From assembly GCA_963713045.1 (NCBI GenBank), contig CAVQKE010000007.1, positions 192,001 through 256,000 on the forward strand: a DNA stretch of 64,000 bases. The letters are read 5' to 3'. The notes under the pieces are model-generated. The model was not told the origin of the DNA. It worked only from the letters and a program-made list of their open reading frames with translations, and did no database searches. Of this stretch, positions 10,799 through 21,151 are shown piece by piece. Source of the DNA: an uncultured delta proteobacterium. Its GTDB lineage: Bacteria; Myxococcota; Myxococcia; Myxococcales; Myxococcaceae. Each line of letters begins with the position of its first letter. Within the stretch, counting starts at the first letter, position 1. The position numbers and the translations under genes are program-made.

Positions 10799-11099
10799 AA
10801 GCAACCAAAACCAGTCTCGGACGCCGCCCGCTGGTGGCCGCTTTTGAGCCGTCCACTGGTGGCCGCTTTTGAACTGTCCACCGAGGCTCGCGCCCGAGGT
10901 CATCCTGTTCGAAGTGCAGGTAGCGCTGGGACACGATCCGCGGCTGTACGTGGGGAGCAACTTGGGCACGGACGGACGGCCGACGGCCACCGTGAGGTGG
11001 CGCTCAGCGAAGCCTGGCGCGCGTGCCGGAGACACCGGTCCGGTGCGCGGCAGCTGGTCAGAGCGCTCTGAAGCGCTCGACCTCGCCCACGAAAACGAC

Positions 11100-12341
11100 T
11101 CAACACCAGGGCAAGCAGAGTTGAGTGGTACTAACCCGTCTCCGTGTCAGCAGGTTCCCGCGTCCGTCGAAGTTGCGGACGAGCAGCTCTTTCCACCCGC
11201 TCCTGCCCTTTCCGTCAGCGTTGACCTTGCGGCGCACATCAAAGGACTCAATTCGAAACCCTTGGTAGAGCTTCCGGATTAGCGGGTGTTCGGAGTTGCT
11301 GACCATGACGAAGCAACCCCGTCTATCCAGCTCGTGCACGCAGCGCGCCAGCCGCCGATGATCACCTTCGTAGAAGGCAGTTGGCAGATACCGAATGGTG
11401 CGCGCAGCGCGGCGAGTCAAGTAGGGCGGATCGAAGTAGATGAAGTCCCCCTCGGCAGCGTCTGCGCAGATGTCCGAAAAATCGCCACACCGCAGCTCCG
11501 CTCGCTTGAGGCATTTGCTGACCCGCCGCAATGCGCCCTCGTCCGTGAAGTTTGCCCGGATATCGCGCCCATAGGGCACGTTGAAGTGGCCTCGTCGGTT
11601 GACGCGGTAGAGACCGTTGAAGCAGGTCTTATTGAGGAAGATTAAGCGCGCCGCACGCTCAATCTGGGAAAGGGACTCGGGCGCTTGGGCTCGAACTGCG
11701 TGGTAGTGCTCGGCAGTGTTGCGATGCTCGCGCAGCTCCTGGAGCAGAGCATCCACCTGGTCGCGTATCACCTCGTAGCAGAGCATCAACTCGGGGTTGG
11801 CATCACCAAGCACCGCCGCGCCTGGCTTGAGCCCCAAGAAGAGCACGCCGGACCCAACCATGGGCTCGAAGTACCTCGTGAAGCTCGGCGGTTTGCGTCG
11901 GAGGAGTTCGCTCAGGACGCCTTGCTTGCTACCCACCCATTTGACAAATGAGAATGCCTCGCGCGTCTTGACGTGTTTCCGCACACGAGAAGGAAGAGGG
12001 TCTTGAAACCCGAACGTCGTCAGGACACCCCTTCGATCAATGAGACCTTCGAGCCCTTCGGCCGCGTAGCGCTGAGCCCAACTTCGGACTGTTGACGCTT
12101 TTACGGTCGCGCCGACTTCCCGAAGCGCTGCAGCGGGTTTGAGCCCCTTGGCAACGACAGCCTCGAATTTGAGGACCAACGTCTCGCGTTCTTTGGCTCG
12201 AGCCACGCGGTCATTCCAGGCAAACTCCCCAATCTGCCGGCGAAGCGCCGTCAGCTTCTCGTCCGTGACAAACGACGCGCGATCCCCACGCACTGGGCGT
12301 TTGCCCCTCCAACTGGAACTCTTGGAGGTAAAATCTACCAT
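11100..12341 (-). CDS. Dam/D12-class N6-adenine DNA methyltransferase with N-terminal HTH extension
   Basis: KWVGSK, YFEPMVGSG, LNKTCFNGLYRVN..G.FNVPYG, DFIYFDPPY. Confidence 0.88.
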   Translation of the reverse strand: MVDFTSKSSSWRGKRPVRGDRASFVTDEKLTALRRQIGEFAWNDRVARAKERETLVLKFEAVVAKGLKPAAALREVGATVKASTVRSWAQRYAAEGLEGLIDRRGVLTTFGFQDPLPSRVRKHVKTREAFSFVKWVGSKQGVLSELLRRKPPSFTRYFEPMVGSGVLFLGLKPGAAVLGDANPELMLCYEVIRDQVDALLQELREHRNTAEHYHAVRAQAPESLSQIERAARLIFLNKTCFNGLYRVNRRGHFNVPYGRDIRANFTDEGALRRVSKCLKRAELRCGDFSDICADAAEGDFIYFDPPYLTRRAARTIRYLPTAFYEGDHRRLARCVHELDRRGCFVMVSNSEHPLIRKLYQGFRIESFDVRRKVNADGKGRSGWKELLVRNFDGRGNLLTRRRVSTTQLCLPWC

Positions 12342-12510
12342 CAAGTCGGCATCCTGAAACGCAGTTCCTCGAAGAGACCTTCGAGCGCCGCCGAAACCAC
12401 CAGTGGTATGAAGATCGGCGCTGAACCCGAGCCCGGCACAGCGCCCGGACACTCTCTCCGTGTGGATGTGCGCTTTCTGGCCCAGGCGTTCCGGCCGAGC
12501 TACTTGCCCA

Positions 12511-12560
12511 CGCCATCAGCCCCAAGGTGGCGGCGAGAGTTCGAATCCCTCCCGTACCTC
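12511..12560 (+). repeat. Divergent tRNA 3'-half-like relic
   Basis: Hairpin cgccatc-agccccaa-ggtggcg followed by gagag-TTCGAAT-ccctc T-arm. Confidence 0.45.
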
Positions 12561-14931
12561 AAAGGAAGTCTTCCATGTCCTTAAGCGATCGCCGCACCCC
12601 CTCGTCGTACTCCACGACAACCTCGTCCAACGGTTCTGCATAGCCAAGCGGTGCCTCGCCTCGCGCGTACCCGATGGCTCGGTACCCACGCAGCCGCCTC
12701 TCGAACATCCGCAGCAGCATCGGCACCTCGCGGTCGACGTAGTCGAAGATGCACACCTCGGTCTTGCCGGGATGGAGACGATGCAAACGCCCCGTGTACT
12801 GGATTAGCGTCCCTTTCCACGATACTGGCAGCGCCAGAAAAAGCGTGTCGAGCCGTGCGTCGTCAAAACCCTCGCCGATGTAGCGGCCGGTGGCGAGGAC
12901 GAGCCGCTCCTCATGGTTCGGGATGGCGACGAGACGCTCCTTCGCCTCGCGTCGCTGCTTGGTGCCCATGCCACCTTGAAGGACCACCACATGCCGCGCG
13001 ATCTTCTGCAGCCGAGCGCCGAAGTACTCGAGCTGGTCTTTCCTCTCCGTGAGGAGGATCGGCGAGCGTCCCCGCTCAAGGGCCTGGATGACGTCGTCCA
13101 AGATAAGCCTGTTTCGCTCCTCGTCAGCCGCAAGCGCCGCGTAGAGCTCCTGGATGCTTGGCTTCGGTACGCTCGATGTCGTGAAGCCCGTCTCGCGCAC
13201 CACGAGCTTGTGGGCAAAGGGCCGTTGCGCGGCCTGGCTCTTCGGATCGACGGCGAACCGCACGGGACCCAGCTGCATCTCCGTGATCGGATGGTGGCCG
13301 TCGCGACGCTGCGGGGTGGCGGTGAGACCGACGACGTAACGGCCCTTCACCTCCGCAAGCACTTGCTCGAACGAGACGGCTGGCAGGTGGTGGCACTCGT
13401 CGACGATTACCTGCCCATAGTTGGCGACCACAGCCTGGACCTTCCCCTTGCGAACGAAGCTTTGGATCATCGCCACATCAAGACGCCCGTTCCCGGTCTT
13501 CTTCCCCGCGCCGATCTGCCCGATTTCCTTCGGCTCGATGCCGAGGAACAGCGAGAGCTGCGCCAGCCATTGGTCGAGAAGCGGGCGCCGGTGGACCAAG
13601 ATCAGGGTGCTGCAGTCGCGCTCGGCTACGAGGTACGTGCCAACGACCGTCTTGCCGACGCCGGGCGGCGCAACTAACACGCCAATGTCGTGCTCGAGCA
13701 GCGCGTTCACGGCCTTCTGCTGCATTGCCGTCAGCTTCCCGCGGAATCGGAACCCAAGCCGCCTGCCCGCAACGCGCTGGTCGTCGACTTCCAGAGCGAC
13801 GCCGAACTCGCCTAGCAGCGCCTGCAGCTCGTCCTGACAGCCCCTAGGTAGGCCCACGTGCTGAGGGAGATCCTCAGCGCACGAGATCACGCGCGGCGTC
13901 GTCGCCGTCGAGAGGCGCATGCCCTGTTTCTTGTAGAACTCCGAGTTCTGAAACGCCGCGAGCCGCTTGATTTGATTGAGCAGCGGCGACGGGAGGCCTG
14001 CTTTCTCCACGAAGAGCTTCTGTGCGAGAACAGCACGCACTTTCGGCGGTAGCGGTTCGCTGATGACCAACGGCTTCGGCATGCGGGTGGGCAGTCGTGC
14101 CCATGGCGCGGCGTGGTCCTCATCTCCCGTCTCCGACAGTCGTAAGCCGGTGACGGATCCCTGCCGCGTTGCGTCACGCGCGATCAGATCGACGGTACCT
14201 GGGCTGATGCGCGTCACCGCAGCGAGATAACCCCATTGCCGGTCATCGGGATGCGGCTTCAGCTGGTCGTCGAGGAAGACGGAGTTTCCAGCGCGCCTCG
14301 CCTCGTACTGCAGTGGCAGTGCAATCAAGTTCCCGAAGCCACCTCGCGGCATCGTGTCCTGGCTGGGGAACAGGCGGTCGTACGAGTCCATGCTCAGCTC
14401 GTGCCGCCGCGACATTGTCTCAGTGATGAGGTAGCAACCCATCTTGCGCGCATCGCTCGCCGGCACGGGCGCCGAGAAGAAGAACCAGACGTGGGCGCCG
14501 TTGCCGGAGCGCGACTTCTCCACCGCGGTGGGTAGGCCGACGCGCTGACAAGTCTCGACGAACGCACTGACGTCGTTCGTCCAGGTGCTTTGGTCGAAGT
14601 CAACCGCGAGGAACCAGCACGTGTCGTCATCGAGCAACGGGTACACGCCCATCACGTGACGGCCCGTCAAGTGCTCGACGATCGCAGCGTCGTCGACGGG
14701 GATGAAGGCCTGGTTCGGGCACTCGCTGCACTTGCCCCCCGTTTTCAGAGCGCAGAGGCCGGGCTCCCACTTGTTCGAGCACGCAGGCGCATAGCCGGGC
14801 TTCCCGGTTTTCTTGCTCACGAATCGCGTCGGGAAGACTTCTTCGCGTCCACGAAACAGCGAGCGAAACAGCTTCACCTTCTCAGCGGACGTCTTGGGAA
14901 CCCGCGCCTCGAGCGCGATGGGAGAGCGCAC
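12559..14931 (-). CDS. AEP primase-like domain (TOTE-type) plus SF2 DEAD/DEAH helicase
   Basis: LFRSLFRGRE..GYAPACSN, FLAVDFD, SRSGNGAHVW, GNLIALPL; APPGVGKT, DECHH, GLTAT, GEGFD, GRLHR; frame stays open (coiled coil) to about 15105, so the start is uncertain. Confidence 0.85.
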   Translation of the reverse strand: MRSPIALEARVPKTSAEKVKLFRSLFRGREEVFPTRFVSKKTGKPGYAPACSNKWEPGLCALKTGGKCSECPNQAFIPVDDAAIVEHLTGRHVMGVYPLLDDDTCWFLAVDFDQSTWTNDVSAFVETCQRVGLPTAVEKSRSGNGAHVWFFFSAPVPASDARKMGCYLITETMSRRHELSMDSYDRLFPSQDTMPRGGFGNLIALPLQYEARRAGNSVFLDDQLKPHPDDRQWGYLAAVTRISPGTVDLIARDATRQGSVTGLRLSETGDEDHAAPWARLPTRMPKPLVISEPLPPKVRAVLAQKLFVEKAGLPSPLLNQIKRLAAFQNSEFYKKQGMRLSTATTPRVISCAEDLPQHVGLPRGCQDELQALLGEFGVALEVDDQRVAGRRLGFRFRGKLTAMQQKAVNALLEHDIGVLVAPPGVGKTVVGTYLVAERDCSTLILVHRRPLLDQWLAQLSLFLGIEPKEIGQIGAGKKTGNGRLDVAMIQSFVRKGKVQAVVANYGQVIVDECHHLPAVSFEQVLAEVKGRYVVGLTATPQRRDGHHPITEMQLGPVRFAVDPKSQAAQRPFAHKLVVRETGFTTSSVPKPSIQELYAALAADEERNRLILDDVIQALERGRSPILLTERKDQLEYFGARLQKIARHVVVLQGGMGTKQRREAKERLVAIPNHEERLVLATGRYIGEGFDDARLDTLFLALPVSWKGTLIQYTGRLHRLHPGKTEVCIFDYVDREVPMLLRMFERRLRGYRAIGYARGEAPLGYAEPLDEVVVEYDEGVRRSLKDMEDFL

Positions 14932-15249
14932 GCGAGCGTCGGGCGCGACTCCGAGCGAAGCCAGCTCGGCCTGGAGCGTGCCGAGGCGACGTCGCGAATC
15001 GGCCTGGTCGGCCTCAAGTCTGCCGAGACGTGCCTCTTCCTGCGCAATGTCCCGCAGCAGGCCCTGGCGTCGTGCTGGCAGATCGGTTCGCTCGTCGTCG
15101 CAACCCTACTGTGCGGACTCTTCTGGGTCTCGTTATCGAGAACGTCTTGGCGGCCTGTTTTCCTCATGCTCGCCAGCGCTCCTTCCGCTTCTGGTTCGAG
15201 CCCATTAGTCCTTGCGGATATGCTAGAAATAGCATATTGCCCTCAACTA

Positions 15250-15618
15250 GTGCCAGCCGAGTCAAAACCTATCGTTTGGATGGGGGATAGCCTGGGTGTC
15301 CTGCGCGGATTCCCTGACGAGGTCAAATACATCATGGGATTCGCGCTTCGGCGCGCCCTGGAGGGCAAGAAGCACGAGCAGGCCAAACCCCTGCGCGGAT
15401 TCGGCGGTGCGGGAGTCCTGGAAGTCGTTCAGGATTTTGACAGGAATGCATACCGAGCGGTGTACACGGTGAAGCTCCAAGGCGTCGTCTACGCCCTACA
15501 TGCTTTCCAGAAGAAGTCGAAGAGAGGTAGCGCAACGCCTAAGGCCGAGATTGACTTGGTGAAGTCCCGGCTCAGGATTGCGCAAGAAGCGCACGCAGCA
15601 ATGGAGAGCGAGAAATGA
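15250..15618 (+). CDS. RelE/ParE-family (Gp49/HigB-like) toxin
   Basis: AKPLRGFGGAGVLEV, YRAVYTV, YALHAFQKKSK; overlaps the downstream HTH gene (ATGA). Confidence 0.85.
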   Translation: MPAESKPIVWMGDSLGVLRGFPDEVKYIMGFALRRALEGKKHEQAKPLRGFGGAGVLEVVQDFDRNAYRAVYTVKLQGVVYALHAFQKKSKRGSATPKAEIDLVKSRLRIAQEAHAAMESEK

Positions 15619-15842
15619 AGAAGACGACACGAGGCACCGGCAACGTCTTTGCCGACATCGGTGTTCCAGACCCAGAAGTTGCCCTCGTGAAGGCTCAGTT
15701 GGCCTCTCGCATCGTTGACCTTATTGAGGCTCGCGGGCTGACCCAGGTTCAGGCTGCTGCCATCCTCGGCACGGACCAACCCAGGGTTTCCGACATCGTC
15801 CGCGGAAGCCTGCAGCAATTCACTGCCGACCGCCTGATGAAC
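15615..15842 (+). pseudogene. XRE/HTH_37 antitoxin, 3'-truncated
   Basis: GNVFADIG..LTQVQAAAILGTDQPRVS..FTADRLM, then runs into the antisense integrase relic. Confidence 0.75.
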
Positions 15843-16020
15843 CGTGATGCGCGGGTCTGCGTGGCGGAGAACCTTCTGCACCACAGCCATCGGCACGCCC
15901 CTCCCGAGATAGAGCGACGCAGCAGTGTCTCGAAGGTCCTTCCACGTCAGCGGCCCCACGGGCTTGGGCCACAGCTTGCGGGGCTTCTTCCCATGCCTGT
16001 CGGGGCAGTAGCGGGCCAAG
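15843..16020 (-). pseudogene. Tyrosine integrase catalytic-domain remnant
   Basis: YCP...KLWPKPVGPLTWKDLRDTAASLYLGRGVPMAVVQKVLRHADPRIT (box II region). Confidence 0.85.
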
Positions 16021-16055
16021 GTGTCCGGGGCATCTGTACAGTTTCCCCGCGAGCT

Positions 16056-18798
16056 TCATTCAGTGCTGGCGAGCTTTGCTTTCCACGTCGCCGCCCGCGC
16101 GGCTTGCCCCGTCCCAGGTGCGGCCTTCTCCCAGGCCTCATAAAGCGTCACCAGCGCCTCGAGACACTTCTTGCGTGTCATGCTCTTCGTTGCGGAGAGC
16201 TGGTGCTCGGCCGCAAGGAGTGTCGGCTCGGCCTCGGCGTAGCGCTTCAGCCCCGTGAGTGCGCGCCCAAGGGCCAGCCGCGCACCGCCTACCAGTTCGT
16301 TTTCCTCGAACTTCGTGCGCTCGTAGCCTGTCACCGCCTCGTCGGCGAGTGTCTTCGCCTCGCCGTAACGGCCTTGGTCGGTGTAGGAGTCCGCCAGGCT
16401 GAAGAAAGACTGAAGTGTTTTGGGGTGTTCAGGTCCTAGGACTCGTCGCTCGGCCTCCAAAGCCTCCAGGAAGAGCTTGTCAGCCTCGTGGAACCGCCGC
16501 TGGGCCTCAAGCGCAGAGGCGAGGTCGTTCATGGTGCTCAGCGTCTCCAGGTGCTCGGGCCCCAGGTTTCTTCGTTGGAGCTCGACAGTCTCGCGGTCGA
16601 GCTTCTCGGCTTCGTCATACCGCCCCTGTTGCATGTAGAGGCCGCCGAGGTCACTCATAGAGCCGAGGGTATAGGGGTGCTCTGGTCCCAGGACTCGTCG
16701 CTCGGCATCGATAAGCTCTTTGTCGAGCTTTTCGGCTTCGCCGTAGTGGCCCTGAGCCGCGGTCACCTCAGCCAGGTTATGGAGGGCCCCGAGCGTGCTT
16801 GGGTCCTCCGGGCCCTTGACTCTACGCAACGCCGCCAAGAGTTCGCGGCCGAGCTTTTCGGACTCGGCATAGCGCCCAAGTTGCATGGACACGACGGCGA
16901 GGTTGCTCATGGAGTTGAGCGTATCCGGGTGCTCGGGCCCCAAGACTCTTCGCTTCACCTCGAAAGTTTCTCGGATGAGACCTTCGGCTTCTTCATAGCG
17001 CCCAATTTGCATGTCCACGACGGACAAGTTGCTCATTGACCTCAGCGTATCCGGGTGCTCGGGGCCCAGAAGTCTTCGCCGGGTCTGCAGAACCTCATGG
17101 TGAAGCTTCTCGGCCTCTTTCAACTGACCTTCTCGTATGCACACGTTCGCCAGTTCATTCATGGCCTGGAGTGTGTCCACGTCCTCGGGTCCCAGTGCCC
17201 CTATTCTGAGCTCGACCGCGCGCTTGGCGTGTTGCTCCGCCTGCGGGTAGAGACCGAGATTCTCGTAGGTCCCTGCGAGCGTGTACTCCAAGCTCCCAGC
17301 GATTCTCGGCTCGCTTCCCATATCCCGCCGCAGGGTTTTCCCGGCCGGCTCGAGAATTTGCCCGTCGAGGAGGTGAAGCGCGGTTTCCGTCGGATTTACT
17401 CCCGCGAGGGCCGTGTCAAGCGAGGCCAGATTCGAAGCGACGTTCTCTTCTGCTGCTCTCCGACGTCGGCTTGCCGCGGCTACACCGTCGTGCAGGTCCT
17501 TCCAGAGCGCGCTTCCCAGCGCCTGCGGCTTCAAGGTGCCGAGCATATTCTCAAGGAACAAAGAGACTCTCTCCGAGGCCTCTCTCTCTCGGTTGGCCCG
17601 GTCCCTCTCGGCATTGGCGCGGTCGCGCTGCAGAGCCGTTCGACGCGCCTGGACGGCCATTGTCACCGCGAATGCAACGAGAAGCGCGGCCAGTCCGGTG
17701 GCGAACCACACTCCTACACGGTGGCGCTTGAGGTACTTTTGGAGACGGTAGGCCGTACTCGCTGGCCGCGCTACCACCGGCTCGTGGCAGAGGTGTCGCT
17801 CGATGTCTTGGGCGAGGTCGGACGGGGTGCCATAGCGTCGGGCCCGAATCCTTCTCGAGCGCCTTCATGGTTATGGCGTCGAGGTCCCCCTCGAGCTGCC
17901 GCTGCAGTACGTCCGAGTCCATATTCCGATTTTTTGCGGCCTCGGCCGCTCCTTCTTTCAGGATGCTCAGCTTGGTGCTGGGCGCGGGGGGCTCATCTTC
18001 TTTCAGTTTTCTTCGCAGCTCCTCGTAGCTGGAGGAGCGCAAGTCTTTCGAGCTGAAGGGCAGTTCCCCGGTGAGAAGCTGGTAGAGAAGGACACCCAGC
18101 GAGTAGACGTCCGACCTCGTGTCCACGTCCTGGCCGGTGAGGTCCGCCTGCTCGGGACTCATGTATTCGAGCGTGCCGATGACGGCGCCCACCTCGGTGA
18201 AGAGCGTCTTCTCGGTAAGCCGGTAGCCCGTGGCCTTCGCAATCCCGAAGTCAATGATTTTGGGTTGCGCCTTCCCGTCCACTAGCGAGACGAGAATGTT
18301 CGACGGCTTCAAGTCCCGGTGGATGATGGCCTTCTGGTGAGCGTGTTGGACGCCCTCGCATACTTGGGTGAAGAGCTCGAGCCTCGCAGTAGTGGACAGC
18401 TTGTGGGTGTCGCAGTGCTCGGTAATAGGGACACCTGCCACGTACTCCATGACGAAGTAGGGCCGGCCCTCGGGCGTGCTCCCGCCATCGAACACCTTGG
18501 CGATAGCCGGATGGTCCATCAGGGCCAGTGCCTGGCGTTCGGACTCGAAGCGCGCCACCACCTGTTTGGTGTCCATGCCCGCCTTGATGACTTTGAGGGC
18601 TACCTTGCGGCGGACGGGCTCGAGCTGCTCGGCAAGCCACACCTCCCCCATGCCACCTTCGCCAATGAGTTGCAGCAGTCGGTAGGGGCCAATTCGCCTT
18701 GACGTGCCCGTCTCTGGAGCAACAGCGGAGGTAGGCCTTTGTCCACGGACCAGGGTCTCGTCCGGATCCGGGTTCTCGGAGTTCGAGGCTGCGGACAT
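16056..18798 (-). CDS. Ser/Thr protein kinase with TM and TPR repeats, frameshifted near 17847
   Basis: [27 protein letters not shown]-terminal [12 protein letters not shown] repeats. Confidence 0.9.
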
Positions 18799-19229
18799 GC
18801 TTCCCCCTCCAGCGACGACGCTGAAGAGAGAAGGCTACATCCTTCCTGAACAGATCCGCGACAAAGCAGGCCCTGGCGCCCTGACTGGTTTTCGAACGGC
18901 ACTTTTCCTACGCGGCCGGCGTCGTCGCGAGGCGGAAACGAATCGGCAGTTAGAGACATTAGCTGACGCCCCGGGGCTGAGCTGACAGGCCAAGCCTTCA
19001 GCGCCGACACCCTGACACGCTCGCGCTCCTTCCTTCGCCGGGCCGACAGGTCGGCAAGGGGGCCGACGCGAGGGATCAGGCTACGGATTCAGCATCCGGA
19101 AGTTCGGCCCCCGGGATTTCCTGTTATTCTGGACCAAAGCCGAGGTCCACGCGTTCCGGAAGCGCACTATTTCGCTCGCGATGGCGAAGGCCCTGCGGAG
19201 GAGACCTTGGCAGGCTGAGACCAGTCGCG

Positions 19230-19496
19230 ATGACCCCCGCCGAATCTATCCTTGAGCCGGAACCACTTAACCGCCTTCAGTGGGTGAAAGCAGACCACTA
19301 CCATTGGCACGCACACGACGTGGAACTCGGATGTGCGTTCCGCGTCCGGCGCTCCACCGACGGGCACTTATTCGTTGTCCTCTGGTGCGACACGACGGGC
19401 ACGCGGGCCGGCAACGCGACCACCACCACCCTCTCACAGGCTAAGCAGGTGGCGGAAGAAGTGCGTCGGGGCGGGCCCGGTCATTTCGGGTGCTAG
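19230..19496 (+). CDS. Hypothetical protein
   Basis: 88-aa ORF with protein-like composition; no motif recognised. Confidence 0.3.
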   Translation: MTPAESILEPEPLNRLQWVKADHYHWHAHDVELGCAFRVRRSTDGHLFVVLWCDTTGTRAGNATTTTLSQAKQVAEEVRRGGPGHFGC

Positions 19497-19751
19497 AGAC
19501 CCGTCCCGCATGGCCGTCCTTGGCTCGGGGACCGGCCGGTGGACTCCACGGCCGGCGCCTGTCGGGCCCGTGGTTCAGAACAGGCCTCTCGGTCAGTCGG
19601 CGACAGACGACATGAAGCATTAGCGCTGGCGCCTCCTGCTGATCCATCGCGGGAGGCGATGAACCAGTCGTACACGTTCAGTTCGCGGACCTCTGGGCCA
19701 GGGCTGACAAATCGCATCGCGTCACAAGACTTCTGGGCCGGGACGCCTCGC

Positions 19752-19911
19752 CGAACGTCATTTCGAACGTCCTGCTCGGAGCATCTGGAAGCCCGGTCCT
19801 GAGGTCTCGACGTCGGGCGAAGAGTACTGCCAAGACCCCGCAGTGACGCTCAGGAGCCGGGGCGGCCTTCCCAAGCTCGGGGTCGCGGGTTCGAGTCCCG
19901 TCCGCCGCTCT
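19752..19911 (+). repeat. att element: type-A arm plus tRNA-Gly core (19867-19911)
   Basis: cgaacgtcatttcgaacgt...cttcccaagctcggggtcgcgggttcgagtcccgtccgccgctct. Confidence 0.92.
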
Positions 19912-20168
19912 AGTCGTTCTCCCTCGGTCCAGACGAGGAAGTATCTTCCTGCACCACCATCCGACAGCTGGAATTTAGGCTTCCAAACAGGGCGGGGCTG
20001 ATTTCAGCCTCGTGGTCACCGTTCTCGCGGGGCGTAATCTTGCGAAGCAAGGCAAGGGAGCCGCCACATGAAGGGCACCAGGGGACCGCAATGGATTGGA
20101 AGATGGGCCGGAGGTCGCATCAAGCAGACCGCCGAACCGAGGCCGGATCCTGAGCCGCGCTCAGGTCA

Positions 20169-20567
20169 TCAGGTCTGCCGGCGGTCGAGGGCGGCAATCT
20201 GGATCAGATTGCCGCAACTATCGTTCAGCCTTGCGACGGTCGAGCCGGTCACCTTGGTCGGCGGCATGGTGAACTCCGCCCTCAGCGGTTTCATACGGTC
20301 GTACTCCCGCTGAACGTCATCCACGTAGAACACAGCGGCCGGCTGGCCCTGCTCGAACATCGCCTGCTGGTAGGCCCGAGCGGCCGGATTGTCGTTTGGG
20401 GCCAGCTGCAGCTGAGTGCCATCCGGCTCCTCTGCTGAGGCAACGGTCAACCACCTGAACGGCCCTTGGGTGACGTCCGCCTTCTTCACGAAACCCATAA
20501 CCTCGGTATAGAAGCGCAGCGCTTTCTCCTGGTCGTTCACGTAGATGCTGATAACTTTGATCTTCAT
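20169..20567 (-). CDS. VOC/glyoxalase family protein
   Basis: SIYVNDQEKALRFYTEVMGF, DSCGNLIQI; GAGG RBS. Confidence 0.9.
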   Translation of the reverse strand: MKIKVISIYVNDQEKALRFYTEVMGFVKKADVTQGPFRWLTVASAEEPDGTQLQLAPNDNPAARAYQQAMFEQGQPAAVFYVDDVQREYDRMKPLRAEFTMPPTKVTGSTVARLNDSCGNLIQIAALDRRQT

Positions 20568-20677
20568 GGCGAATTCCTCCTCTCACATTGTGCGGTGTGG
20601 GTTCGTCACCTATCTACCCCCGTGTACAGGGCTAGGCATGGATCAATGAGGTTTCAAGGGCAGCCCGAAAAACGCGA

Positions 20678-21040
20678 ATGAGCCGGGTGGGAACTCCAGT
20701 CTCAAGGCAGGCGAGAGTACTGCGGGACTATGCTCCCCAATACGCGGACCCGATTCAGGCTGAGCGTGGTGAAAAGGTGACGGTCGGAGCGGAGGATGAA
20801 AAGTTCCGAGGTTGGAAATGGTGCAGAGCTTCGGACGGTCATGAAGGTTGGGTGCCGGTCGAAATCATCTCGGCCGAGGGCTCAGAGGGAGTCGTGCTCG
20901 AGAGTTACTCAGCCGTCGAACTCAATGTCGTCTCCGGCGAGATCGTAACGGTGGAACTCGAGCGCAGCGATTGGTTGTTGGTACGCAGCCGCGATAAGAA
21001 GGGTTGGATTCCCGCCTCGCATGTAGAGCCACTTGAGTAG
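20678..21040 (+). CDS. Tandem SH3 domain protein
   Basis: DY..QYADPI..GE.V..GWKWC...EGWVP; Y.AVEL.V..GE...GWIPASHVE. Confidence 0.8.
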   Translation: MSRVGTPVSRQARVLRDYAPQYADPIQAERGEKVTVGAEDEKFRGWKWCRASDGHEGWVPVEIISAEGSEGVVLESYSAVELNVVSGEIVTVELERSDWLLVRSRDKKGWIPASHVEPLE

Positions 21041-21151
21041 AGCCTTCGCGAGCGCTCAGTGCGAGCCAAGAGCGTCCCGCGCAAGTCCGCGACGTTCCGT
21101 AGAGCGCACAGCGAATGGATCGTGTCGGACGGTGGCGGCGGCGAGCCGAAT

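Larger units (their letters stand above)
8332..10886 (+). mobile_element. IS21-family insertion sequence, 4-bp target duplication CTCG
   Basis: Terminal IR CCTCGGTGGACA / TGTCCACCGAGG, paired subterminal AAAA(C/G)CGGCCAC repeats at both ends, istA-istB pair, CTCG at 8328-8331 and 10887-10890. Confidence 0.92.
8224..11070 (-). pseudogene. Tyrosine integrase 3' remnant split by the IS21 element (8224-8331 and 10887-~11070)
   Basis: Removing the IS and one CTCG copy gives PHVQPRIVSQRYLHFEQDDLGREMR, homologous to RHADPRIASERYAHLEQDYLG at 50262-50330. Confidence 0.7.

Noticed and set aside
8021..11035. Long minus-strand ORFs 8021..9514 and 10166..11035
   Set aside because: Antisense shadows of istA and istB caused by GC codon bias.
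14590..16439. Full-length ORFs 14590..15618 and 15615..16439 as single proteins
   Set aside because: Only 15250-15618 (toxin) and 15615-15842 (antitoxin) are family-like; the rest is antisense to the helicase, the integrase relic or the kinase.
16200..17200. 126-bp-period nucleotide repeats
   Set aside because: Explained by 42-residue TPR repeats in the kinase.
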